64,000 nt of DNA, taken from Podarcis filfolensis (lineage: Eukaryota). A program made the position numbers and the translations under genes. Positions within the stretch are counted from its first letter, which is position 1, and each line of letters starts with the position of its first letter. The notes beneath the pieces were generated by a model. It did no database searches. It was not told the DNA's origin and saw only the letters and a program-made list of their open reading frames with translations. Positions 11,791-24,345 of the stretch are shown one piece after another. The stretch lies in the NCBI GenBank assembly GCA_964270895.1, contig OZ185441.1. The stretch is one strand, 5' to 3'.

Positions 11791-13529
11791 ATTATTCTTT
11801 TTGTGAACTGCTCTGAGGTTTTATTCCAATTGAGTGGTAACATAAATGTTGTGAACTAAATAAACAAAGGTTCCCCGACCTTTTCTTCCCACCCAGTGTG
11901 TAGATATGCCCTTGGCAAAATTGTGCATTCCCTGTGCTTTGCATGCATGCTTGAAAACTGAGTTCATCAGCACAGTGAAAGTGCAAAGGAATAACATTTT
12001 GTTTAAAAAGAAAAAAGAAAAAGAAGAAGAAAGAAAGAAAAGAACAGTACTTTTATGTTCTTGTTCCTTTCTAAAGTACATATTTGATTCATGCCACCAT
12101 AACAGCCACATCATTTGCTACAAGTAAAATGAATCTCATGAATCAAAGTAATGACTAGGCCCTTAGCTTGATATATTGCAGGCTACAGTATCTTGAGAAA
12201 TGAGGATGGTAAGTATCATTGTGTTAAAAATGCACAGGGAGAAGACTGCTATGTAAAAACATGATGATTCTATTAAATTAACTGTGTTTGGGAGCAAGGG
12301 TTCCTGATTATGCTTTGGTACGCAGCATGGAATAGACCGCAGTGGATCCAATTTTTAACATTGTAAATATTTTTCCTAACAATTCTCAGCCTTGGGCTGA
12401 AAATGTCCAGCTGCCCTAAATCTGCTGTGGTCCGTGCTTAATCACCCCAATCCAGCTAGCGGCTATGTGAACATACAAGCTAGCTTCTGTGTTCGCGCCT
12501 TGATGGATGAAGGACCACATGTGTAATCAGGTTTCATGTATACAGTTTGCCTCCAACCATTGGAGCTGCTTATATGGAGCACTTTTTATGATACAATCAC
12601 ACCTATCCATTAAAAATTGTTTCTCTAATTGGATGGTTATTGAAAATGGGGGAGGGGGATGCCAATACTTAGGTTTAAGGATATTTTCTGGATTCCCAAA
12701 TATTGGATCCTTTTTGTATCACTGGATGAAAATCAAAATATTTATGTTAAAAATATAAATACATTACTTTACAGTATTAGTTTTAGCTTTTATAGGCAAG
12801 GGATAAACCATTCCATGTTGCAAGACTTATTCAAAAATAATACACAACAAACTTTTAAAAAATGTTTTTAAATAAACAACAACAACATGCAAACTAGAGC
12901 AAATTTATCAACATTTTAAAATAATAAAAAACTATCTAGGGTTTAACAGTGTATGAGATTAGCGTGAATTTTAGTAGGTTGTTACCTTTATGTTAGTTCT
13001 TCCACCTTATGTTTTTACCTAAATTAACAGAATATTGTCTTTGTGTTTACTCAGAAGTAAGCTCCATGATGCTCAATGGGACTTACTGACATTTAATCAT
13101 GTAAATATCTTGTTGATTTTGAGAGGATAACTTTGGGGAAAGATCAAAAGAGATCATTTTCAAAAATGTTGGGGAAAACATACAAACATATGATAACAAC
13201 TAGACCCTTTACAGCATGGAAGGGGAGCCTCAAAACCTCCCCATTTGGCCCTTGGGGTTCTCCCCAGGCTGCATCTTAGCCACACTTCCTCTCCCTATGC
13301 CACACTGCAGTAGTTTGTCCACCTTTGGTCCCAACCCTGCACACAGTTCTCACCTGTGGCTCCTAGAAGATGTCAACATGCAACAGAAGTCATACTCCAA
13401 GAAGCAGCTTCAACTGGCCAGCTAAACCAGGAAAAGGTAGCTGATGGATCTCAAACCCTCAGTGAGTTATGCATGCAAAGGCAGGCTCTGGCAGATTGAG
13501 CACAGAAGACCAATAATGGGACCAATGGT

Positions 13530-13985
13530 CAAGAAGATAGTTTCTGCTATAAAGGGAAGTGAGGAATAGATGGGGTTCGTTGTCATGGGGAAATAGCCCA
13601 TCTAGGAGAAGGAAAACCCTGATCCTAAACCTCTGCTGCCCGTCAGGATATCTTCAGGAGAAGAAAAGGCTAAGGAGTAAAGCCTACACAATTCTGGTCC
13701 CCAAGATGGTTGGATGGTGCCTTGTATGCCTCCTTCCAGCAACTTCTGCAACCAAGCTAATATCAAACGTATTGTTCTGCTTTCTTGTAGACCGCATTAG
13801 TGAGGCTGAGTGAGGGGTCTTGTGGTCTTGGTAGCCCTGGACCTCAATACACATTGCCTAGGCTTGCATCCTGGGGAGGTCTCTTTGGTGCTGCTAAAGC
13901 AGTGGCTTGATTTCACCACTGGAGGCGCAGTCCATTGTCTATCAAGACAGACAGATGGCAGCTGGCAAGGTTGTAGTGCATGAAG
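13530..13985 (+). mobile_element. Probable interspersed repeat resembling an RTE-type 5' UTR
   Basis: GGAGAAGGAAAACCCTGATCCTAAACCTCTGCTGCC motif recalled from RTE 5' UTRs; family assignment tentative. Confidence 0.35.
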
Positions 13986-14491
13986 CAGGAGTGGAACTGT
14001 CTGTGCTGACTGTCCCAACCCCAGACTCCACACACTGAGCAGCTCTGTGTGAATGTTTTATGTGAAGGTTCTGAAAACACAGAGATAATCAATGCACAGA
14101 GGGAACAGAGTCAGTGGGGTGAATCCTGTACCCCATGGAAGCCTTCAGTATACTATACACATTTTAGTCCTCTTCAAGCATTCATGTAAACGCATGGGGG
14201 CAGCGGGGACAAGTGTTGCCATCCAACTTGTGATTAGAACAAAGACTGAGGTGGAGCTTGCATGCTTGTTCCCATTGTTCCCACACACACCCCACACAAA
14301 TTTACTGAAAATAGGATGCATGGTGAGGGCTTCCAAAATTGTTTACATCATCCAGTTGTGGGACATCCATAGACGGAGGGAACAAAGTAATTTTTGATGA
14401 TGAACTCTAAACTTTGTGTGGAAGTAGGGTTTGGACTTATCTACCGGTGTAACATTAAGGAAGGTTATTTTACAACATTACCTTGAAGAAA

Positions 14492-14853
14492 GGGACGCGG
14501 GTGGCGCTGTGGGTTAAACCACTGAGCCTAGGGCTTGCTGATCAGAAGGTTGGCGGTTCAAATCCCCACGACAGGGTGAGCTCCCATTGCTTGGTCCCTG
14601 CTCCTGCCAACCTAGCAGTTCGAAAGCACATCAAAGTGCAAGTAGATAAATACGCACTGCTCCGGTGGGAAGGTAAAAGGTGTTTCCGTGTGCTGCTCTG
14701 GTTTGCCAGAAGCAGCTTAGTCATGCTGGCCACATGACCCGGAAGCTGTCTGTGGACAAACACCGGTGCTCCCTCGGCCTACAGAGCGAGATGAGCACGC
14801 AACCCCAGAGTCATCTGCGACTGGACCCAACAGTCAGGGATACCTTTACCTTT
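14492..14853 (+). mobile_element. Sauria SINE
   Basis: Same family consensus with TACCTTTACCTT tail; no clear TSD. Confidence 0.92.
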
Positions 14854-15967
14854 TTAATACAGGATAAGCACCCATTTATATTTTCTTATGCAAATGAGAG
14901 AATGAAGAGTTCATGTTCATAAATTTATTATAGCTTAGCAGCAACTGATTTCATTTTGGCATAAATATAGTTTTGTAAATATAGTTCTAGAAGAGCACGG
15001 CATTATTTTTATTTAAATTTCTAAATAAATTGATTGTAAAACAACTGATCTGATGGTGGTTTGCTATAAGCTTGTGTGCATGTTTGTAGATTTGCATACC
15101 TGTGTTGTAACTGAAGGGATTTTTTATTTTTTTTGACATAGGTTTCTATATTGGAAAAGTGATAAATGGTAATTTTAAAATGCACTCATTTCCCATAAAT
15201 TTAATGCTTAACCCTTATCTGCAGCATCAGCCTGAGAAAAACAACTTAATTCTAGGTTCTTTGCCTGAATAAAATAGCCCTTATTTCTATAGAAATTGCC
15301 ATTCAGTATTCTAACAGAATAATTCCTTTTCCTGGAATAAGAATTGGGGAGACTTCATTTTCCCTCTCTAATATCATTCATTACTGTAAATCTAATTTAT
15401 GATCTACTCACTTAATTTCTCTCTTCTTTTTAATGCTCAAAAATCTTCTTGGTGATTTCTCGACTGCACTGGCCCATCACTACTCAGCAATATATTTTGC
15501 AAAATCCATTTATTTATTTTGATTTTAATCTTGCTATCTCTCTGGGTATAGTACATATAAATATAGCCCTGAAAATATTAGTTAGACACGTGCTATTTTA
15601 TTTGTATTGCCAGGGAAATGGTGGGGCAATGTTAGGGATTTTTCTTGGCGCAGGTGAAAAAATAACTCTGCTATTTTTGAGTGGGGACCATTTGTTGCTC
15701 CACCTGAGGCAGTAAATGTATTGGGTCAGCCCTCCTCTTTCTTTGTTTTCATTGTTCTCAGCAAATACAACAGAAAAACCCACGAAAGAACTGTTATCAG
15801 CTGACATTAATAATTGCCCATAGTGGTATTTAATCTGTTCAGCAGTCCATGAGATTTAGCATAATGTTGTCAACAAAATGGCATGGGTTGAACAACAAAG
15901 GGGATTTAAATGGCCATGTTGGCAAACTGTCAAAACAACAACATAAACAAGAAAGAATAAAAGAATA

Positions 15968-16070
15968 ATAGAATTGTAGAGTTGGAAGGGAGCCAAGGGT
16001 CATCTAGACCAACCCCCTACAATGCATCAATCTCAGCTAAAGCATGCAGGAAATTCAGCTAAAGCATTTG
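15968..16070 (-). mobile_element. CR1 3' end fragment
   Basis: AGAATTGTAGAGTTGGAAGGG...GGGTCATCTAG is the reverse complement of the CR1 3' terminus seen at 31146 and 52030. Confidence 0.75.
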
Positions 16071-17215
16071 TGAAAATACAAAGAAAATTGCCATGGAGAA
16101 GAACAAAATCGAATCAACAACAGCAAAGTGTTTGCAGAAAATTCTGAAAATTACAGAAAGCTAGAAACACATTACCCTCAGAAACACACACACACACACA
16201 TGAAATGAGGTTATTCATTTTATTCCAGCTCTAATTATTTCTGTTTTTGATGTATTACTTAACATGTCAGTATGCCACCACTTTTGCTATATGTATGACA
16301 TAAATGTTTAAAATGAGAATGGACTGACTACAAATAAGTAATATAGTCACTGGGAAAAATGATCGCATGAATGTTCACTAAGAGAGCGGGTTCTGAAATT
16401 CAGAAAGGGCTGCTGAAAGGAATGTCCATATATGGAGAGAAAATATAATTGCCTCTGAGTCAATCAATGCATGTATTTATTTTCTTTCTGTTCTGCTGCC
16501 AGTGTGCAAAATGTAACTTTCTTCAGAGCGGTTTTCCCTCCTCTCTTTCTTTTTTTCTCTTTTTGCTGCTTCAGGCTGGGATGTTTACATTCAATTAAAG
16601 CTCCCCGCCTGCATTTCCCATGGGAATGTTTGATCTATATGATATGAGCGACATATATGCTCAGGTCATGCACAATGTATCATTAGCTTGTTGATTGTCT
16701 TCAGCACCTTTTCAAAAGAAGATTTCATTAGCATGAAAATGGAAATTGACTCTTTGTTTTAGACAGGCTAATTGTTACCCAGGGTAATTTATAGAACACT
16801 AAATATTAAACTCATCAAAATGTATGAAGCTAAAGCAATTCATATCAGGCCGGCTAGGCATCTCTGATACACCAGCCAAGAGATAGGACTGAGAAATCTA
16901 ACAGTATGCATTTCGACTTTTTCCTATGGGGAGCTGGCACCAGTTACTACAATACTCCATTATTTCTGTCTGTGTTTTGGTTCAGTGCTGAGGAACAAGG
17001 GTGCTATTGAGAGAAAGCGGGGGGGGGGGGCAATGTCACTGCAACATTCATGCTATGTTTCTATCCAAATTACTAATACTACAAAAGCCATTGTTGCTAT
17101 AAACTGGTAGTTTCAACTTGTGAACCGCCAGGGAATTCCAAGGATTCCTGGAAACTGTACGAGCAGGATGTGTTTTCATAAAATTGCCACCCCTTAATTT
17201 TTTGCAACATGCAAC

Positions 17216-17916
17216 TGTGGCGATCACACAGGGTCCCCGGACGTTTGATGGTCTATTGATCCCTGTGCCCAGCGCTTGTGATTTCTTTTGGACAATTATG
17301 TGCAGCTGGTGTCTTTATGATATTTCTTTTATTTACCCTTATATACAGCCTGAGAATACTGTGGGTTAGGCTCCCGTTTTTCCTGTGTTGCTCAGCTGAC
17401 TGGGGAACAGTTGAGAGTGGGGAAAGGGAGGTGTGGCGATCACACAGGGTCCCTGGACGTTTGACGGTCTATTGATCCCTGTGCCACCACTGTGATTGCC
17501 TCTTCGCTGCCACCAACCCGTTTCCCTCGGTTACACACAGAGTCTAGACAGTTGTTAACATTAACAAATAATAAAGTTTATTTTTATAAGCATGAACAAG
17601 TTTAAGGTTTCAGTTAATTTTTCTTGTCAGTTTCTTAATCTTAGTTTCTTTACTGTCCTATACGTTCCTAATAACTTCAAACTGATTATCCCAACTATCT
17701 ATCTGACTCCACCTAACAGTTCCTCTCACTCTCTCACAACACAACTCGACCAACCCACAGAATTATCCTCCCTGTTCCTTCTCCAACTCCCAACTCCCAA
17801 CTGACTTCCACACAACTCGGACTCTAACTCAAACTCCTCCCCTTGTTTCCACTGGCCAATCACTTCACACTCATTTAACCCTTTCCTTATGACCCACCTA
17901 GGAGGCAAACGCCACA
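17216..17916 (-). mobile_element. Composite solo LTR (same family as 31471-32009)
   Basis: TGTGGCG...CGCCACA termini, 5-bp TSD GCAAC on both sides; terminal 54 bp duplicated internally at 17432. Confidence 0.85.
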
Positions 17917-18429
17917 GCAACGCCTTCATGGTAGACATGCAACAGCCTGCAAACCCTACAATGTTTTCAATTCTGCATGCTGTAGGAAGCAAGACCTGAG
18001 TGCAATAGCTTTCTCTCACATACACTTGTATACAGAAGCATATTGCCTCTGGCATTGGCTGTTAATAGCCTTATCCTCCAGGAGTTCATCTTATTCTCCT
18101 TGAAAGCTATTAAAATTTTGAAAGTCATTACCGTATCTTGTCAATAGCAAAACAAGTTCAAAGCAACTGCCGTAAACAATGAAATGATATGTATATGAGA
18201 GGCGCCAAATACGTTGGCATAAGAGAGATCCAAATTTGGCCATATTGACAATAAAGGGATGGAGAACTTGAAGCCTTCGGGTTGCACTGCAGCTCCCATA
18301 ATAAGCTGATAGGCAGGGATGAGGGGACTGCAAGTCCAGTAACATTAGGAGAGTCACATGTTATCCATCCCTGATTGATAATTTCAATATAGCTTTAAAA
18401 GGTTTATATGTTGACTAATGTATTGCAGT

Positions 18430-18780
18430 GGGACGCGGGTGGCGCTGTGGGTTAAACCACAGAGCCTAGGACTTGCTGATCAGAAGGTCGGCGGTTCGAA
18501 TCCCCGCGACGGGGTGAGCTCCCGTTGCTCAGTCCCTGCTCCTGCCAACCTAGCAGTTCGAAAGCACGTCAAAGTGCAAGTAGGTAATAGGTACCGCTCC
18601 AGCGGGAAGGTAAATGGTGTTTCCGTGCGCTGCTCTGGTTCGCCAGAAGTGGCTTAGTCATGCTGGCAACATGACCTGGAAGCTGTATGCCAGCTCCCTC
18701 GGCCAGTAAAGCGAGATGAGCGCCGCAACCCCAGAGTCGGTCACGACTGGACCTAATGTTCAGGGGTCCCTTTACCTTTT
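18430..18780 (+). mobile_element. Sauria SINE
   Basis: Family consensus; flanking direct repeat TAATGTATTG (18416-18425 / 18781-18790). Confidence 0.93.
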
Positions 18781-19903
18781 TAATGTATTGTAAGAAAGAA
18801 TGAATGTGTAAAGAAAATAATAAAAAATTATTGGAAGATAATTTCAAAAAGCTTTAAGATACAAGAAGGAGCCCATCAAATGTTCCCACTGCAAACAACT
18901 TTTTCAGCCATCTATCTTGAATATACCCAAGAATGAGGCCATTTGAAAATTTCATCCACAAAGACATAATGAAATCTTTCTCCCAACTGACATGGTGCCC
19001 TTCATGATTTAATATATGTTGCTTAAATTCATCCTGTTCAAAATTATGGTCAACTATGAAAGAAGAAGCAGGATATTGCTTCACATTTTTTGAAATGTTT
19101 TCCTTAGGCAGAAAACAATATCAACATGAAGGCAGCATTGCTTTAACTTTCTCCATCATTCCATCATAGAACACATCAAAAATCTGTTTAAGTAAGGTGT
19201 TTTTTTTTTTTTTTAAATAAAACAAAAATAAAAAATTCCTGTTTAAAATCCAAAATAAATCTCCATTAAGTCTGATGAAATCAGAATAATTTGTCCTCCA
19301 CTCTAAGTATTACCTGGAAGTAAGGCTCATCAAACTCATTTAGAGAGATTTTCCTCTGACTGGACATGCAAACGATTGTGCTGTCAGGTTGCAATCCTGT
19401 GCACATCTACTTGGAAACCTCACTGAGCTCAAGAAGACTTACTTCTGGACTGCACGTAAATCACGGAAAATACAATTTCAATTCAGACTCAGATATTTTA
19501 ATGGCCGAGTTGCATGATTGAGGTTGAATGCCTTGGGAACATATTCCATGTTAATAAAAATGGGTCAGTCAATAGGAGATGGAGCTCCATATGGTCCACA
19601 AACTGAAAGGAAGTAGAAAAGCTGTTGATTTTGTCTGGCAGTGATAGAGAACAGAAGAGACAATGCACCAGAATAATATGATCTTCCTTTCATCTTTGGC
19701 GTCTCTTCTGGGGCTACTGATGCTTGATTTCTACACACTTTGATCAGCTGAGGGTGGGCTTTGTGCTATTTTAGGCAGAAGGAAAAATAATAAAACAAAG
19801 GGAGGAAGTTTCTGGTAGAATTGGATTCTACTATTGTTTAGGCACATGGATCTGTGTTGCCTTCTGTTGGGCAGGTAATGCTGTACTGTTAGTACGGCTG
19901 TGC

Positions 19904-19904
<1 letters not shown>

Positions 19905-19950
<46 letters not shown>
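19905..19950. repeat. (CA)n microsatellite
   Basis: Direct observation. Confidence 0.95.
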
Positions 19951-19952
<2 letters not shown>

Positions 19953-21335
19953 TTAGATTCAGGGCACAATTTGGCATTTCAGATCAGACCCCCATTCATC
20001 TCAGATCTGGATCCAACAGGGCTCCAGTTTCAGCTTGCAACGGGAACCCAAATCATCAGTACTTCCTTTGGGAAATCAAATTTCTTTAACTTTTTCATAT
20101 TTGGAGACATTGTAGCTCTTCAGGACAGATTTCAAGGGTGGGGGGGAGGAATCCTTGCTTGGGTATAACATAAAACTATGGTCTAGTGTTAGATTTCTGT
20201 GCATGAGCCTTGGACTCGTGTGTGTGACTAGGGGAAGTCTCCCAGGGTGTTCTAGCTAGGAGCAGTCCTAGAAAATCCTCAATAACCCTAAAAGGTCCTT
20301 CCTATTGATGTTTGTACTGCTCTTCCTTCCTGAACTGCTCTACCAGTTGTGACCAATCTATTTAAACTGATATCTCCTATTAGTCGATTTCCCACCTGTT
20401 CCTTCAGGTACAGTATGGAGTAGGTGAGGGGAACCTTCTGCCCACAGCCAATCAGAAAAATAGGAAGGGAAATCCTACTGGGATCCAAAATGACTGGTCT
20501 TTCACCTGTAAGACAGTGTGTGTATTACAGTGCTGATTAACAGTGAAGTATATACAGCGGCACATGCCTCTCACTCGGCTGGCTAGCACAAAAAGGCAGC
20601 ATGTGCCTGTATGTCCCACCTTGTTGTCCCATCTTTCTTTCGGAGTGTTCACAAAGCCACTTGTGCCCCATGCACTCATATTAGCAGAAAGACAAAGGGA
20701 TATACTAGCATGTGTGTGAGCGCTTACCAAATTTTCTAGCTGGCCTGTGACTGCATATTAAGTATTTTATTTGATCACCACATTTTGAACATTCACCCTA
20801 AAATGAGATGTGCAGGAATCGTACTGATGAAATAGAGTAGTCCCCCCTTTAAAAACAAGCAAATAAAAAACAAGATCCAGGTCAAAACTATATTGAAATG
20901 TTAGTAAAAGACAGAAGCATAGCTTGAAAATTAGCTCATGTGGGCAAATTGGATTTTCCATTTCGTATGCATATGATCATTTCCAGTCAGCCGGTAGCAT
21001 TGCGGGTTGAAGAGTCAAAACCTTTCAGACTCTTTGGGTACTTCTGTAAGCAATCAATGCTGATATCCTCTATTGAATCCAACGGACACTCACCCAAGCT
21101 GTTTAGCTAGTCATTCAGTTCTGCACTTATTTGATTATTAGAAGGATGCAAAATGATCTCTTAGATACACAACATTAACCTTCAATCAATAACCACTTTA
21201 ATGGTGGGTGGGACTCTTTCTCTCTAGCCTTTTCCAGCTGCATTAGTGCGACAATGCTGTTTTGAATAAAGCATGTTCAATATGTCAAATGTTTACACAG
21301 AAAGACAATGCATTAGACATTCTACATTTCTACGC

Positions 21336-21451
21336 AACATTCTTCATCTCAAAGAATTTGAGGCACTGTAGTTTCTTAAGGGTTGCTTGGAACTGTAAAT
21401 GTGTGTGAGGGGTGACCACAGTGCCCAGAATTCTTTGAGATGAAGAATGTT
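21336..21451. mobile_element. Palindromic MITE core
   Basis: 22-bp perfect inverted repeat AACATTCTTCATCTCAAAGAAT / ATTCTTTGAGATGAAGAATGTT. Confidence 0.65.
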
Positions 21452-21778
21452 CTTTGAATGTGTTTTGTGGTTAAAGTGTACACAGCCTGTGACCCGTGAA
21501 TGACAGAATTTCATCTGCTTTCTGATTAAGAGAAATATTGCTGTTTTTCACCCATGCGGATCAATAAGTGGAAGGCATGCATATAACACCTTGAGTTTAG
21601 GTGATGCATGAGGTGATGTTTTCCAAGCACCACATTTTAGAAAGTAGGAAGTAAGAGGGAAAAGAAGATTTTCAGCCCACTAAGTTCCTAATCTAAGATC
21701 AAAACTATCAACAGTAGAGGAAAAATAGCCAAGGTGATAGACAAGCATTACAGAAACACTTAAGAACATCTTAAGGTA

Positions 21779-22019
21779 CAGTGGTACCTCGGGTTGCATA
21801 TGCTTCAGGTTACATACGCTTCAGGTTACAGACTCCGCTAACCCAGAAATAGTGCTTCAGGTTAAGAACTTTGCTTCAGGATGAGAATAGAAATTGTGCT
21901 CCGGCGGCGTGGCAGCCACAGGAGGCCCCATTAGATAAGTGGTGCGTCAGGTTAAGAATAGTTTCAGGTTAAGAACGGACCTCCGGAACGAATTAAATAC
22001 TTAACCTGAGGTACCACTG
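21779..22019. mobile_element. Tc1/mariner-type MITE
   Basis: TIR CAGTGGTACCTC(G/A)GGTT...AACCTGAGGTACCACTG, TA duplication on both sides. Confidence 0.9.
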
Positions 22020-22232
22020 TATTTGATGTTAAATTAAGAATGACCTTTTCTGATGGAACATGTTGTGCCCTTCAGATTGTTCCATCAATGCATGCTTTTC
22101 AGTTAGTCAGATGGAACAATCCCCACTATCATCCCCCCACATTGTTCTCAGAATGCTCCTGATCCCTACAAGCCAATTTCAGGGACACAGGGGAGGAGCA
22201 GGAAGGACTGAGAAGAAGAAGAAAACCTATCA

Positions 22233-22458
22233 CAGTGGTACCTCGGGTTACATATGCTTCAGGTTACAGACTCTGCTAACCCAGAAATAGTACCTCGGGT
22301 TAAAAACTTTGCTTCAGGATGAGAACAGAAATTGTGCTCCGGTAGCGCAGCAGCAGTGGGAGGCCCCATTAGGTAACGTGGTACCTCAGGTTAAGAACAG
22401 TTTCAAGTTAAGAACGGACCTCTGGAACAAATTAAGTTCTTAACCTGAGGTACCACTG
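22233..22458. mobile_element. Tc1/mariner-type MITE (same family)
   Basis: Same TIRs and internal sequence; flanked by CA on both sides. Confidence 0.9.
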
Positions 22459-22817
22459 CATGTTGAATACAACCCAACTTAGTAAAATGACTTATAGTAA
22501 AGAACTACTGAGAAAGTTTAAATGATGGAGAAAATAGTTGTTGCCATTTCTGTGGCATGGAAGAAGAAAGCTACTGCTGCGGTAATAAAAATGGTCATGG
22601 CTGTCTGTCTCCACGTAAGCACCCAGTGAATACTAAAGTTCTCCATCAGAGTATCTGAGCACACAATCATGTGGGGCAAGTCAATAACAAATTTCTGGGG
22701 CCCAGTTTATACATTTACAAGAATCCAATGGTGAAAAATATGTGATGGAAAATATTAACATATGCCTCAGTTTCATCCTGAATTTAAAAAATATGTCTTG
22801 ATGGCTTCAAGCAGTAT

Positions 22818-23686
22818 TTGTTGTTGTTTAGTTGTTTAGTCGTGTCCAACTCTTCATGACCCCATGGACCAGAACACCCCAGGCACTTCTGTCTTCCACT
22901 GCCTCCCGCAGTTTGGTCAGACTCATGCTGGTAGCTTCGAGAACGCTATCCAACAATCTCATCCTCTGTCGTTCCCTTCTCCTTGTGCCCTCCATCTTTC
23001 CCAACACCAGGGTCTTTTCCAGGGAGTCTTCTCTTCTCATGAGGTGGCCAAAGTATTGGAGCCTCAGCTTCAGGATCTGTCCTTCCAGTGAGCACTCAGG
23101 GCTGATTTCCTTAAGAATGGATAGGTTTGATCTTCTTGCAGTCCATGGGACTCCCAAGAGTCTCCTCCAGCACCATAATTCAAAAGCATCAATTCTTCGG
23201 CGATCAGCCTTCTTTATGGTCCAGCTTTCACTTCATTACATCACTACTGGGAAAACCATGGCTTTAACTATACGGACCTTTGTTGGCAAGGTGATGTCTC
23301 TGCTTTTTAAGATGCTGTCTAGGTTTGCCATCGCCTTTCTCCCAAGAAGCAGGCGTCTTTTAATTTTGCGGCTGCTGTCACCATCTGCAGTGATCATGGA
23401 GCCCAAGAAAGTAAAATCTCTCACTGCCTCCATTTCTTCCCCTCCTATTTGCCAGGAGGTGATGGGACCAGTGGCGTAATCTTAGGTTTTTGATGTTGAG
23501 CTGCAGAACATATTTTGTGCTCTCCTCTTTCACCCTCATTAAAAGGTTCTTTAATTCCTCCTCACTTTCTGCCATCAAGGTTGTGTCATCTGCATATCTG
23601 AGGTTGTTGATATTTCTTCCGGCAATCTTAATTCCGGTTTGGGATTCATTTAGCCCAGCCTTTTGCATGAATTCTGCATATAAGTT
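22818..23686 (-). mobile_element. BovB (RTE clade) LINE, 3' about 870 bp with RT remnant
   Basis: Minus ORFs with GRNINNLRYADDTTLMAESEEELK, MEAVRDFTFLGS..., LQYFGHLMRREDSLEKTL; (CAA)n tail; frameshifted. Confidence 0.95.
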
Positions 23687-24254
23687 TCTGTTAAAGCCGA
23701 CAGGAAATAAGAGATTCTCATGAACTCTCAGCTAGGGATGAATGGCACTGTCAATTTCAGCAGCTCATTTTTCAACTCTTAAATTTAGTTCATCCCATTT
23801 GTGCAAAAGTTTTCATTTTTTTAAAGGAAATGGGCATAGAATTTTGCTTGCATTTTTTCTGCTCTAATGTGCAAAATTTTGCAAGCAATTACCTCTGTTA
23901 GAGTGCATTTTTGTATGATATGTTCACTAATATATGCATTTTTGCACACTTCCCCCTCATATGTGTGTTTTTTATACAGTTTAGTTAGAGAAACATATTG
24001 TAAAATACAGAAAAGGGAACATTTGAAAAAATAGTAGTGTTTAGGCTTTCATATTGTTTTGGAAAGTACAAATTTGTAAACTGAATAAATTCCTCCCTCA
24101 TTACTGCTCTGGACACTGGCTGTTGGTGATAGTAGGTGGACTTGGTAACTGAAAGTGCTGAAGGCAAAACCAGGAGTGGACTTGTAGTCTACCTTTGTTG
24201 TAGGCCTGATCTCCAAAAGTGAACAGGTTTTCCAGGTTTTCCAGCAAATAGGCC

Positions 24255-24345
24255 TGACCTTTTAATGTATTTTAAATCTCCTGTTGGAAGCCACCCAGAG
24301 TGGCTGGGGAAACCCAGCCAGATGGTCAGGGTATAAGTAATAAGT
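24255..24345 (+). mobile_element. L2 3' tail fragment
   Basis: GAAGCCACCCAGAGTGGCTGGGGAAACCCAGCCAGATGG...TATAAGTAATAA. Confidence 0.8.

Noticed and set aside
12182-12208. 27-nt plus-strand cassette (GYSILRNED) with GTAAGT donor
   Set aside because: Poor polypyrimidine tract and unrecognised peptide
15750-15812. Strong plus-strand acceptor followed by ANTTEKPTKELLSADINNCP*
   Set aside because: Weak donor, stops in two frames, unrecognised peptide
16576-16664. Long polypyrimidine tract and acceptor
   Set aside because: Stops in all frames and weak donor; at most a non-coding element
21779-22458. CRISPR-like or regularly spaced CAGGTTA repeats
   Set aside because: These are subterminal motifs of MITEs in a vertebrate genome, not a repeat-spacer array
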